Assembly: GCA_045568475.1 (NCBI GenBank)
Contig: JBJLAY010000040.1
Coordinates: 1-61,373 of the forward strand
DNA from: Candidatus Poseidoniaceae archaeon
Lineage (GTDB): Archaea; Thermoplasmatota; Poseidoniia; Poseidoniales; Poseidoniaceae
Length of the DNA stretch: 61,373 bases
Direction of reading: 5' to 3'
The translations under genes and the position numbers were made by a program. A model generated the notes under the pieces. It searched no databases. It worked only from the letters and a program-made list of their open reading frames with translations, and was not told the DNA's origin. Below, piece by piece: positions 43,795 to 52,372 of this stretch; the stretch's first letter is position 1, and each line of letters starts with the position of its first letter.

Positions 43795-44286
43795 TTGAAG
43801 GAGGGGAGTCCATTCCCCTTGAGCATGGAGCCATTCAGTACAGAACCGGTCACACTAATCGAAGAGGTGTTTCCACAGGACACTAACTCATACAATACAT
43901 TGTTTGGAGGACGTTTGCTTTCTTTGATGGACAAGGCGGCGGGAATTGTATGTGCTAAATTCGCTCACCGTGAATTCGTTACTATTTCGATAGATACTCT
44001 TGAATTCAAGGCTCCAGCTCGTCAAGGAGATTTGATAGAGGTCACTGCTAAAATCGTGTATACCTCGAATCGAACCGCTTGTGCTAAAGTTACAGCATGG
44101 GCAATGAATAAATCAGATTGGACTAAAACTGAAATTTGTGAAGGATACTTCTTCATGGTTGCAATCGATTCAATGATGCGCCCAATTCCAATTCCTCAAT
44201 TCAAACCAGAGACAGATGAAGAACATAGTGAATGGGATGCTGCAAAAGCAATCAAAGCACACATGTTATCTCAAAGGAAAAAATGA
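43795..44286 (+). CDS. Acyl-CoA thioesterase (hotdog fold, YciA/Acot-like)
   Basis: EEVFPQDTNSYNTLFGGRLLSLMDKAAGIVCAKFA... is typical of the acyl-CoA hydrolase family. The start is uncertain (TTG 43795 or ATG 43825). Confidence 0.8.
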   Translation: MKEGSPFPLSMEPFSTEPVTLIEEVFPQDTNSYNTLFGGRLLSLMDKAAGIVCAKFAHREFVTISIDTLEFKAPARQGDLIEVTAKIVYTSNRTACAKVTAWAMNKSDWTKTEICEGYFFMVAIDSMMRPIPIPQFKPETDEEHSEWDAAKAIKAHMLSQRKK

Positions 44287-44287
44287 T

Positions 44288-45805
44288 TCAATCATCGATT
44301 CTAGGTATCGATTCTACATCTTCGATTCCTTTGTTTTTCGAACCAGTGCTTACTAGTTCACTGAAACTTGAAGGAATTACTGCAGGTGGAGAAAGGTGTG
44401 AAATCATTTCAGATACCTCTTCATCACTAACATCGCCACCTTTACTCTTAGCCAATTCTTGTATTGAAGATGCTAGTTGTTCTTGTCTGGAATGTTCTGC
44501 TTGAACCCGCAGGGCATCAGTAGTCCTCCTTCGCTTTATCAAATTACGAGAAAAGGCTCCTGCTCGGCCAATCGGTTTTACTAATTCCGAAAGAATTGAT
44601 CTCTTCGCACCACGCCTTACTCTACCTTTGCGCGAAGACACTAATCTACGAGATGTGCGTTTGGCAGATAATTTATTGACGCCAGGGTATCTTTCCTTCT
44701 GAGATTCAGGTTCTTCGACGACTGGTGTTGCTAATACAGATTCTTCTTTCCTCGCTGAAGCAACAAGTGATTGAGTTGGTTCAGGTTCGACAGGTGCTTG
44801 TAGCGGAGAATCTGGAACCGAGAATTCGCTAGGTAAAACCCCAGGGACATGAACACCATTTGCTCCAACGAATGATGGTAGGAAATGAGTTGGAACCGGA
44901 GTTGGCTCGGGTTTTTGCATCGGCACTGAGTATTCATGAGTTTGTCTTTGATTCAGCATTTCGTAGGAAGTCCCGATGTGATGCCCTCTGTGTACTTGGT
45001 TATACGCAGCAGAAGCTTCAGGAGGCTGCCATCCATTTTGAATCACTTGGTTTCTCTGTGTGACCATATTATCTTTTGATCTTGCTAGTAAACCAGAAGG
45101 AATTTCCTGCACCTGAGGTTCATCTTCATCATCCCACATTGGCAAATCTAAATCTTCGATTGAAATTGCTGGGCTAACTATCTCCGCATCGATTACGCCC
45201 GTTGAATCTGATGAATCCATTATGTCGATGAAATGTGGAATTACTGGAGAAGGGAATATCTCTACTGGTTCTTGAATCAATTCCAACTCCTGAGTTATTT
45301 CATGTCGCGGATATTCTGAATCACTAACCATTGCATCGACACTAGCTTTTGCATCAACTAGTGACATGCCATTTTGAATTCGCTGAATCAGTGAACAAAG
45401 TCTCATCATTGCAAGATCTGGCCCAAAAACAGTATGACAATCATCAGCATTTGTATCGATAGTCAGTGTTGGCCTTCTTGTAATGTAATGCGCTGTCGAC
45501 AATACAATTCCTGCAGCTCCGAACAAGGCTTGCGACTTCCCGTTAAGGCCTCTCCACGCAACCCAGATTAATATCAAACCGACGGCTGCAAGCCAGCCTG
45601 GAACTAAAGTTGTATGATGATGATGAACTCTCTTGACTGCATCTAACTTGATGTCTAATGCATGTCCAGACTTAGATTCAAAGGATACCTGTTTCTCGGT
45701 AAGGGTTGCCCTAACCTTACCTCGAACTCCTTCCAGTGACAAGGAGCGGAAATTAACCCGATCTCCTATGACACTGAGCCCCTCTGGCTTCGTGTCCATT
45801 CGCAT
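44288..45805 (-). CDS. Hypothetical membrane protein (N-terminal PH/GRAM-like segment, 2 TM, long disordered basic C-terminus)
   Basis: 505-aa ORF. His4 run, then hydrophobic LVPGWLAAVGLILIWVAW and ALFGAAGIVLSTA. The rest is Pro/Ser/Glu-rich. No family recognised. Confidence 0.45.
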   Translation of the reverse strand: MRMDTKPEGLSVIGDRVNFRSLSLEGVRGKVRATLTEKQVSFESKSGHALDIKLDAVKRVHHHHTTLVPGWLAAVGLILIWVAWRGLNGKSQALFGAAGIVLSTAHYITRRPTLTIDTNADDCHTVFGPDLAMMRLCSLIQRIQNGMSLVDAKASVDAMVSDSEYPRHEITQELELIQEPVEIFPSPVIPHFIDIMDSSDSTGVIDAEIVSPAISIEDLDLPMWDDEDEPQVQEIPSGLLARSKDNMVTQRNQVIQNGWQPPEASAAYNQVHRGHHIGTSYEMLNQRQTHEYSVPMQKPEPTPVPTHFLPSFVGANGVHVPGVLPSEFSVPDSPLQAPVEPEPTQSLVASARKEESVLATPVVEEPESQKERYPGVNKLSAKRTSRRLVSSRKGRVRRGAKRSILSELVKPIGRAGAFSRNLIKRRRTTDALRVQAEHSRQEQLASSIQELAKSKGGDVSDEEVSEMISHLSPPAVIPSSFSELVSTGSKNKGIEDVESIPRIDD

Positions 45806-45849
45806 CCCGAACCGCTGAACTTTAACCCGAGGTTATGAATCCACCGTTT

Positions 45850-45869
45850 GGCCCCCCCATAGGGGGGCC
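45850..45869 (-). terminator. 8-bp all-GC hairpin (C6-loop-G6 core) just downstream of the EF-Tu-like gene
   Basis: Reads ggcccccc-cata-ggggggcc, starting 16 nt past the stop at 45885. It has the same C6/G6 core as the hairpin at 43033-43060. Confidence 0.3.
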
Positions 45870-45884
45870 GTTATTGGGAGTAGT

Positions 45885-46943
45885 TCAGCCAAGCCGAGAA
45901 AGTTTAGCGCTACCCATGATTCTAGGTTTGGAATCTAGTTGGGCAATTATCACTGTAGGAGGGTTCTCTTTACGAATAAATAATGGAGATTCCCAAGTAA
46001 CTTCAAGTCCGGAGCCTATCGATTCGACTCTGCCTACAACAAATTGTAAATCAACACTAGCATGTACAACATCTCCAACCGCTAAAATTCGCTTTTGAAA
46101 TGGAGATATTGTTAACTCCAAAGAACTTTTTTCGTGCTTTTCTAAAGATAATGGAATTGAAATCCCTTTATTCTTATCTTCGACTGCAGGGTGGATGATT
46201 AGTGAACCTCCCGTTAGGTGTTCTTCCTTGGTATTACGTAATGCAATTCCAACACGATCTCCTGCAACTGCTTCTTCAACATCGTCATCCATAACTTGTA
46301 GACTCTTGACTGTACCAGGGCCTTCAGCAGGAAGTAAATGCAATTCGTCATGAACAGATACCGATCCTGCTTGAACATAACCAATAGCTACCAGTCCGAT
46401 TCCTTTGACATTGAAATGTTGGTCAATAGGTACAACCAAAGATTCCTTCTTTGCAGATTCTAAATCTCCAGAAATTTCATCCATCAGCCCGTATAGTGCC
46501 TCTCTTAATTCGATACCATCGGTACCGCATTGCCTCCAACCTGAAAGTCCGGCTTGTGACATGAAACCCTTAACTTGGTCCTCATCAATCCATTCTCCAT
46601 CGGCAGGGTTGATTACGAAAATCCCTTTTCCTATTCCTGCAGAAGCAAATCCTACAAGCACTTCTCCAAATGTTGCATCGACTCCTGTGACTTCGATTAA
46701 TCCAACTCTTGCAGCACATAATGAATTGAAGAATGGGCGTATTCTTTCAGGCATTTTGGCTGGGCGAATAATCGAAAGGATTCTTGCTCCTTCTGGGCCG
46801 GATTCCTTGTTAACATAGGTGTGTACGTCTCGCTGATCTGTAGCCTTGGCGATAGATTTGGCCAAGTCATCACTACCAACCATTGCGATATTGAGTACGG
46901 TCATACCTCTGCGAGTTACGACCTGTTCTTGAGCATGCTGCAA
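45885..46943 (-). CDS. EF-Tu/EF-1A-like three-domain protein with degenerate GTPase motifs
   Basis: Domain II-like VVPIDQHFNVKGIGLVAIGYVQAGSVSVHDELHLLP. In the G domain, G1 is GSDDLAKS (GK to AK), G3 is EVTG (Asp to Glu) and G4 is NPAD (NKxD Lys to Pro). The start is TTG 46943 or ATG 46904. Confidence 0.6.
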   Translation of the reverse strand: MQHAQEQVVTRRGMTVLNIAMVGSDDLAKSIAKATDQRDVHTYVNKESGPEGARILSIIRPAKMPERIRPFFNSLCAARVGLIEVTGVDATFGEVLVGFASAGIGKGIFVINPADGEWIDEDQVKGFMSQAGLSGWRQCGTDGIELREALYGLMDEISGDLESAKKESLVVPIDQHFNVKGIGLVAIGYVQAGSVSVHDELHLLPAEGPGTVKSLQVMDDDVEEAVAGDRVGIALRNTKEEHLTGGSLIIHPAVEDKNKGISIPLSLEKHEKSSLELTISPFQKRILAVGDVVHASVDLQFVVGRVESIGSGLEVTWESPLFIRKENPPTVIIAQLDSKPRIMGSAKLSRLG

Positions 46944-47879
46944 TCAAGAAGTCCTAGAGATTCGTCTGAACTCCTTCAACCTCAAATCGTATTCATCTAC
47001 TGATAAATTTCTTATTCTTTCTGTCCCAAATGTTTCGATAGTAAAGGATGCAGTCACTGTTGAATGAACCAATGCCTCTGCCAATTCATCATAACCAACA
47101 GGGCCATTCTTCTGAGTCAAGAACTGAGCCATAGCTCCTGCAAACGAGTCCCCACAACCAGTAGGGTCTGTTAGGTTAAGTGTTGGATATGCAGGCATCG
47201 AAATGAACCCATCAGGGTGTAAAGCCAGCACTCCATGTTCACCCCTCTTAACAACTAGAATTCCGCCTTCTTTCATTTCAAGAACTTTTTTCGCGGCCCG
47301 TATTAGATTGTCATCTGAAGCCAACATTCTAACTTCACCATCATTCAATACAACGATATCTACTAGTTTGATTACACTCAATAACTCATCATGAGCAATA
47401 TTGATCCACAAGTTCATCGAATCCAATATAGTAAGTCGCTGCGCTTCGGTTTGAGACAATACAGAAGACTGCAAAGAAGGGTGTAAATTAGCGCACATTA
47501 GCACCTTTGGATTCGTATGAGTTACGGGAACTTTTGGTTGGAAGTGCTCAAACACATTGAGATGTGTTTCATGCGTTACAGCCTCTGCCATGTCGCCATG
47601 ATAGGACCCCTTCCACCTGAATGTTTGACCATTACTAGATTCAATTCCGCTAATTTCTAAGCCAGATTCTGTATACCAATCTAGATGTTCTTGCTTGAAA
47701 TCGTTACCAATAACTCCAACCAAAGAAACTCCATTACCTTGCATTCGCCTCATATGGAATGACGCTGAAAACCCACCATATGATGCAGAACCACCTAACT
47801 CATCATTCCTAGAGCCCAAGGGTGTTTCCAAAGAATCGTAGGCCAGACTGCCAACGATTAGAACATCCATACAAATCAT
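46944..47879 (-). CDS. PfkB-family carbohydrate/nucleoside kinase
   Basis: C-terminal DPTGCGDSFAGA (PfkB signature 2), an N-terminal GG dipeptide region and a ribokinase-like length of 311 aa. ATGA start/stop overlap with accC. Confidence 0.8.
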   Translation of the reverse strand: MICMDVLIVGSLAYDSLETPLGSRNDELGGSASYGGFSASFHMRRMQGNGVSLVGVIGNDFKQEHLDWYTESGLEISGIESSNGQTFRWKGSYHGDMAEAVTHETHLNVFEHFQPKVPVTHTNPKVLMCANLHPSLQSSVLSQTEAQRLTILDSMNLWINIAHDELLSVIKLVDIVVLNDGEVRMLASDDNLIRAAKKVLEMKEGGILVVKRGEHGVLALHPDGFISMPAYPTLNLTDPTGCGDSFAGAMAQFLTQKNGPVGYDELAEALVHSTVTASFTIETFGTERIRNLSVDEYDLRLKEFRRISRTS

Positions 47880-49216
47880 CCCAACAGGTCTTGATGCTCA
47901 TCAATATACGCAATAGTGATGTCTCCAGCGAGGAAATCCTTCTCATCCATAATCCTTCTATGAAGTGGAATAAGGTGTTCCACACCTGTGATTATAGTTT
48001 CATCTAGAGCCGTCCTCATACGGCGTATTGCAGACTCTCGGTCAGGCCCCCATGCTAGTAATTTAGCAAGGAGACTGTCGAAACAACCTGGCATTTCATA
48101 CCCCGGGTGCGCATGTGTGTCGCACCTGATACCAAAACCAGACGGGAAATGACATTCCCAAATACGACCAGGCGAAGGGACGAAGTTTGTAGTGTCCTCT
48201 GCATTCAACCTACATTGAATGGCATGACCACGAATCATAATTTCATCCTGAGTTAATGGTAAACTTTCTCCTTGTGCGACTCTAATTCCTAACTCAACTA
48301 AATTGTGCCCTGTAATTAATTCGGTAACTGTATGTTCCACTTGAACACGAGGATTAACTTCTAGGAAGTAAAAATCTCCATTTTTATCTCGTAAGAATTC
48401 GAATGTTGCAAGACCCTTGTAACCGACGGACTCGGCACCTGCGCACACTAATGCGCCGATCTCAGCTCTCTTTTCGTCAGTTAACCAAGGGCCTTCTTCC
48501 ACAAGTTTCTGGTGGCGGCGCTGAATAGAACAAAACCTTTCACCAAAGTGAATTGCATTCTTCCCATCTCCCAAAACCTGAAACTCAACGTGCTGAGCTC
48601 CTTCAATATATTTCTCGACGAAAACTCTGTCATCACCAAATGCTGATTTTGCTCGGCTTTGGCATAGTTTCAGGGCACTTTCAAATTCGCTTTCTTGGTT
48701 AACGATTTGCATTCCGATTCCGCCACCGCCTGCTGCTGCTTTGATTATTACAGGATAGCCGATCTCATCTGCTAGTTTACTGGCAACTTCTGGCGTGGAA
48801 ATTGGCTCACTGCTTCCTTTGGCAGTTGGAAGGCCTGCTGCTTCCATTGCTGCTCTCGCTTCAATCTTGTCTCCTAAAAGTGTAATGACTTTCGCTGCAG
48901 GACCGATGAAAGTAATCCCTTCTTCCTCGAGGCGTTTAACGAAATGTGCATTCTCTGCCAAAAATCCGTATCCCGGATGAACGGCATCGCAATCCATATC
49001 TTTTGCAGCTTGTACTACTGCTTCGATGTCCAAATATGAGTCCAAGGGGTTGGATCTCATTATCGGATATGCAATATCTGCCATTTGCACAGGCAACGAT
49101 AGCCGGTCTTCCCTGCCATGAATAATCGCTGCTTCAATTCCCATATCTCGAAGGGCCCTGAGTATTCTCAGTGCGATTTCCCCACGGTTCGCAATTAGTA
49201 CACGCTTGAATCCCAT
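47876..49216 (-). CDS. accC: Biotin carboxylase subunit of an acyl-CoA carboxylase
   Basis: MGFKRVLIANRGEIALRILRA, an ATP-grasp region (GYPVIIKAAAGGGGIGMQ) and EVNPRVQVEHTVTE. 446 aa. Confidence 0.9.
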   Translation of the reverse strand: MGFKRVLIANRGEIALRILRALRDMGIEAAIIHGREDRLSLPVQMADIAYPIMRSNPLDSYLDIEAVVQAAKDMDCDAVHPGYGFLAENAHFVKRLEEEGITFIGPAAKVITLLGDKIEARAAMEAAGLPTAKGSSEPISTPEVASKLADEIGYPVIIKAAAGGGGIGMQIVNQESEFESALKLCQSRAKSAFGDDRVFVEKYIEGAQHVEFQVLGDGKNAIHFGERFCSIQRRHQKLVEEGPWLTDEKRAEIGALVCAGAESVGYKGLATFEFLRDKNGDFYFLEVNPRVQVEHTVTELITGHNLVELGIRVAQGESLPLTQDEIMIRGHAIQCRLNAEDTTNFVPSPGRIWECHFPSGFGIRCDTHAHPGYEMPGCFDSLLAKLLAWGPDRESAIRRMRTALDETIITGVEHLIPLHRRIMDEKDFLAGDITIAYIDEHQDLLG

Positions 49217-49375
49217 GGGTGTGTCCAGCCGAACCTATTCTATGATGAAAGCGGTCAGAACTGGCAGGGAAAAGGCGATTTTCGCCCCCGAAAACCGGAA
49301 GAGAAAACTTAGATATTGTCTAAAAAAGTGCAAATATAGGGATTTCCTTATAGCCTACCCAACCAATATGAAATT

Positions 49376-49846
49376 ATGGCGGATGATGGAAACACGGGTG
49401 CTGCGACTGTCGAGCGGTTGGCAGGTAGAGATCTAAATCAAGACGGAAGAGTCGTAAATCTGGTGATTTGCGGAAACTCTAGATTTTATGATTATGAATG
49501 GTTAGAAGAACAATTAGAACAGTGGATAAAATGGAATGCTCACCCTGATCTAATCATTATTGGAGGCGCTAGCGGTGTGGATTACTTAGCCGAGAGATGG
49601 GCTAACAACCATGCGATACCAATGGCTATTTTCACCGAAGCATGGAATGAACCGAGAGGTGGATTAGAAGACACCGGTAGGCCAGAAGCATCCCCTACTC
49701 TTGGTGACAAGATGCTAGAACATGCGACTCACTTGATAGCATTCCCCGGCCCTAAATCCAAGTGGACTACTATTATGATTAAGCGCGGGCGCGAGTTAGG
49801 CATTCCTGGAGTTGAAATTCCAACTCCTCCTGAAGGCGAAGCGTGA
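49376..49846 (+). CDS. SLOG-fold (DUF2493-like) protein
   Basis: ...LVICGNSRFYDYEWL...LIIIGGASGVDYLAERWANNHAIPMAIF... matches my memory of the DUF2493/SLOG pattern (GGAxGxDxxAexwA). No function can be assigned. Confidence 0.45.
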   Translation: MADDGNTGAATVERLAGRDLNQDGRVVNLVICGNSRFYDYEWLEEQLEQWIKWNAHPDLIIIGGASGVDYLAERWANNHAIPMAIFTEAWNEPRGGLEDTGRPEASPTLGDKMLEHATHLIAFPGPKSKWTTIMIKRGRELGIPGVEIPTPPEGEA

Positions 49847-51106
49847 TCAATACACGTCACGTAAGTAACGCTTCTCTTCCCTCATCATTGTCTTCTCAAT
49901 GAAGTGAGTTGCATCGTCTTCTGACATTCCACCATGTTCAATTGCAATTTCAATTAATGCGCGATGGACATCCTTTGCCATGTAGGTCTTATCACCACAG
50001 ATGTAGAAGTAAGCACCTCTTTCGAACCACTCCCATACTTCTGCTCCATGCTCTTTGAGCCTATGTTGGACGTAGATTTTCTTTTCTTGATCGCGGGACC
50101 AAGCTGTAGTAAACCGGTATAGGTGGCCCTCATCGAGCCAGTTCTCAATAGATTCTTGATAGTAAAATTCAGTCTTTGAAGATTGGTCGCCAAAGAATAG
50201 CCAATTTTTCCCACTTCCACCATCATGCACACGCTGTTCCATGAAAGCGCGGAAAGGTGCGATTCCAGTACCTGGTCCAACCATGATAATATCTGTAGAT
50301 TTGTCAGCTGGCAGAACGAAGGATTTGGTAGGAGACATGAATACCCCTACATCTGTCTTGTTTACTTCAACTTCATCCGCCATGTAAACAGTACACAGGC
50401 CGCCACGATCTCTTCCGTGGTGAGAATAACGAACGATTGCAACTGTCAACTCTACAAAACCGGGGTGTGCATCGTGGCTGCTAGCAATAGAATACAATCG
50501 TGGTTTGAGTTTGTCAATTAATTCTACAAACTCTTGAGGAGAGTAACTCACATCGAAATCTTTCATGACATCGATATAGTCGCGTGTGTGAATATAATCC
50601 TCCATTGCTTTACCATCTGTAGTAAGATTCTCCAATCTACCCAGTGGGTCATCGCCAGGAATGGATGGTAGAAGAACGGTGTCCGATACGGATTCATTCA
50701 TCCAACCGGGCCCGTCACCTGCAACAGATTCTCGGTATCTATCAATCATCTTGACGGTAATTCTCATTCCACTAGAAGTCACCTTCTCTGTCAAGGAGTT
50801 CACGAATTTCTTGTTAACACGATGAATTTCAAAGTCCATCTTCAACGCTTCTTTGATTGTCCTTTCACCATTGTAAGTCATAACCATGTCTTCGCTGTTC
50901 CAGCCCGCCGTCTCAATTAGCAAATCGACGGTATGTCCCGGGTTTTCTGCGATTACACCTAATGCATCTCCTACTTTGTAATCTAATCCAGAATCTCCTA
51001 AATCGAAAACTATGTGCCGGGTCTCTTTTCGAGAACCTTCGCCGTTCAAGACATAGCACTCTGTAATCTTAGATTGGTACGGATTTTTTGCGCTCCAGTT
51101 GGCCAT
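49847..51106 (-). CDS. FAD/NADPH oxidoreductase, CysJ / cytochrome-P450-reductase C-terminal type, without a flavodoxin domain
   Basis: RLYSIASS (FAD RxYS), GPGTGIAPFRAF (NADPH), C-terminal RYLRDVY. The start is set at ATG 51106 (MANWSAKNPYQ...), because the track extension to 51364 overlaps the divergent MBL gene. Confidence 0.8.
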   Translation of the reverse strand: MANWSAKNPYQSKITECYVLNGEGSRKETRHIVFDLGDSGLDYKVGDALGVIAENPGHTVDLLIETAGWNSEDMVMTYNGERTIKEALKMDFEIHRVNKKFVNSLTEKVTSSGMRITVKMIDRYRESVAGDGPGWMNESVSDTVLLPSIPGDDPLGRLENLTTDGKAMEDYIHTRDYIDVMKDFDVSYSPQEFVELIDKLKPRLYSIASSHDAHPGFVELTVAIVRYSHHGRDRGGLCTVYMADEVEVNKTDVGVFMSPTKSFVLPADKSTDIIMVGPGTGIAPFRAFMEQRVHDGGSGKNWLFFGDQSSKTEFYYQESIENWLDEGHLYRFTTAWSRDQEKKIYVQHRLKEHGAEVWEWFERGAYFYICGDKTYMAKDVHRALIEIAIEHGGMSEDDATHFIEKTMMREEKRYLRDVY

Positions 51107-51194
51107 AGTGTACACCGACACGCCGCCCACCTGAACCGGATAGATGAATGTTAGGTGCGATGATGTCTTAGAGTTGAAGTACCTGCAATCACAT

Positions 51195-51959
51195 ATGGTA
51201 GTACTAGATTTGCTCGGCAGTGGCAATGCTTTCCTTCCTTCAGGAAGGCTCCATTCATTCCTAGTAATCGACAAACACATCATCATTGATTGCCCCCCTA
51301 CAGCCTTAGCTAGTTTACGAATTGCAGGAATTAGTCCTGCAGATATTGACACGATTCTGATCACTCATGTTCACGGCGACCACGTTTTTGGATTCCCATT
51401 CTTGCTTCTAGAAAGGAAATACATTTCTGATAGAGAGGGTTTGAAGCCGCTTACAATCGCCGGCTCTAAAGGAGTTAAAGAGAGGCTGACCCATCTGTGT
51501 AATCTAGCATACCCTGGCTCCTTAGAAGAGATCATTGAGAGCATTAACTGGGTAGATATTCCAGAGGTAGAAGGCTGGACAATGGAGAGGTTCGAAGTTC
51601 TCCATGACCCAGAAGTTGACCCTCACGGATGGATGCTTACCAATAAGCAGGGATGGTCAATGCTACATTCAGGAGATTCTGGGCCGTGTGAAGAACTGTG
51701 GAATCGAATTGGACAGTGCAAATTTGTAGTTGTTGAAATGGCAGTTCCTGAATATGTCCAGACTGAGCATCATCACAAGCCAAGTGACATTAATGATTTA
51801 GCCAATAAATTCCCCGAGACTAAATTTGTAATAACACATACATACATTGATTCAGATTACAAGATTCTTACCAAAGAGGTCCCGAATTTTCCTGAAAACG
51901 TAATTCATGGCGAGGATAACATGCAATTTGAGCTTGATTCAAATGGCTCATTATGTTAG
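51195..51959 (+). CDS. Metallo-beta-lactamase-fold hydrolase (RNase Z/ElaC-like or related)
   Basis: MVVLDLLGSGNAF... and ILITHVHGDHVFG (HxHxDH). About 254 aa. Confidence 0.7.
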   Translation: MVVLDLLGSGNAFLPSGRLHSFLVIDKHIIIDCPPTALASLRIAGISPADIDTILITHVHGDHVFGFPFLLLERKYISDREGLKPLTIAGSKGVKERLTHLCNLAYPGSLEEIIESINWVDIPEVEGWTMERFEVLHDPEVDPHGWMLTNKQGWSMLHSGDSGPCEELWNRIGQCKFVVVEMAVPEYVQTEHHHKPSDINDLANKFPETKFVITHTYIDSDYKILTKEVPNFPENVIHGEDNMQFELDSNGSLC

Positions 51960-51991
51960 AATAAAATAGTCAAAAAATAACAACAAGGCTG

Positions 51992-51999
51992 TTTTTTTT
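51992..51999 (+). terminator. T8 tract 33 nt after the MBL-gene stop (archaeal oligo-T terminator candidate), embedded in an AU hairpin 51994-52015
   Basis: Reads gtttttttta. ttttttag-tgcacc-ctaaaaaa forms an 8-bp inverted repeat. Confidence 0.35.
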
Positions 52000-52019
52000 A
52001 GTGCACCCTAAAAAATCAT

Positions 52020-52260
52020 CTGCCGATCGAACACAGATGCAAAGAAAAAATTGTTATTTCGGTTTTTGTATTATTATATTCAATTGCATGGAATAATAAA
52101 TTCTCTCAAAACGGCAGGTTATCAAAGAAAAAATAGTCCTCGGCGGACAAGATAAAAATACACTCTACAGTAGAGCCTTTTTATATCAAAATAGATGAAA
52201 AGCTTCAAGCCTTTTTATACCCCCAATTGGTTTGAGATATGTTAGCAAATCCTCACTACA
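52020..52260. other. Candidate replication origin region upstream of orc1/cdc6
   Basis: It lies in a 413-nt non-coding gap, the largest in the window, directly upstream of orc1/cdc6. There is a very AT-rich stretch at 52041-52110, a 13-bp palindrome ctctacagtagag at 52163-52175, and a 12-nt direct repeat agcctttttata at 52174-52185 and 52208-52219. I did not recognise a canonical ORB consensus. Confidence 0.35.
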
Positions 52261-52372
52261 AAGGGGTGGATTGGGACTAGACTTATATGGCGGACTCGGA
52301 CTCCCCGTAGGCATCACGCATGATGTGGGCCGAGCAATCAACGAGCATGACAAATAGAGGAGGTGTTATTTT

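Noticed and set aside
51107-51364. The 86-codon N-terminal extension of the CysJ-like ORF.
   Set aside because: It overlaps the divergent MBL-fold gene, has no flavodoxin-like motif, and the homology to the FAD-binding domain begins at Met 51106.
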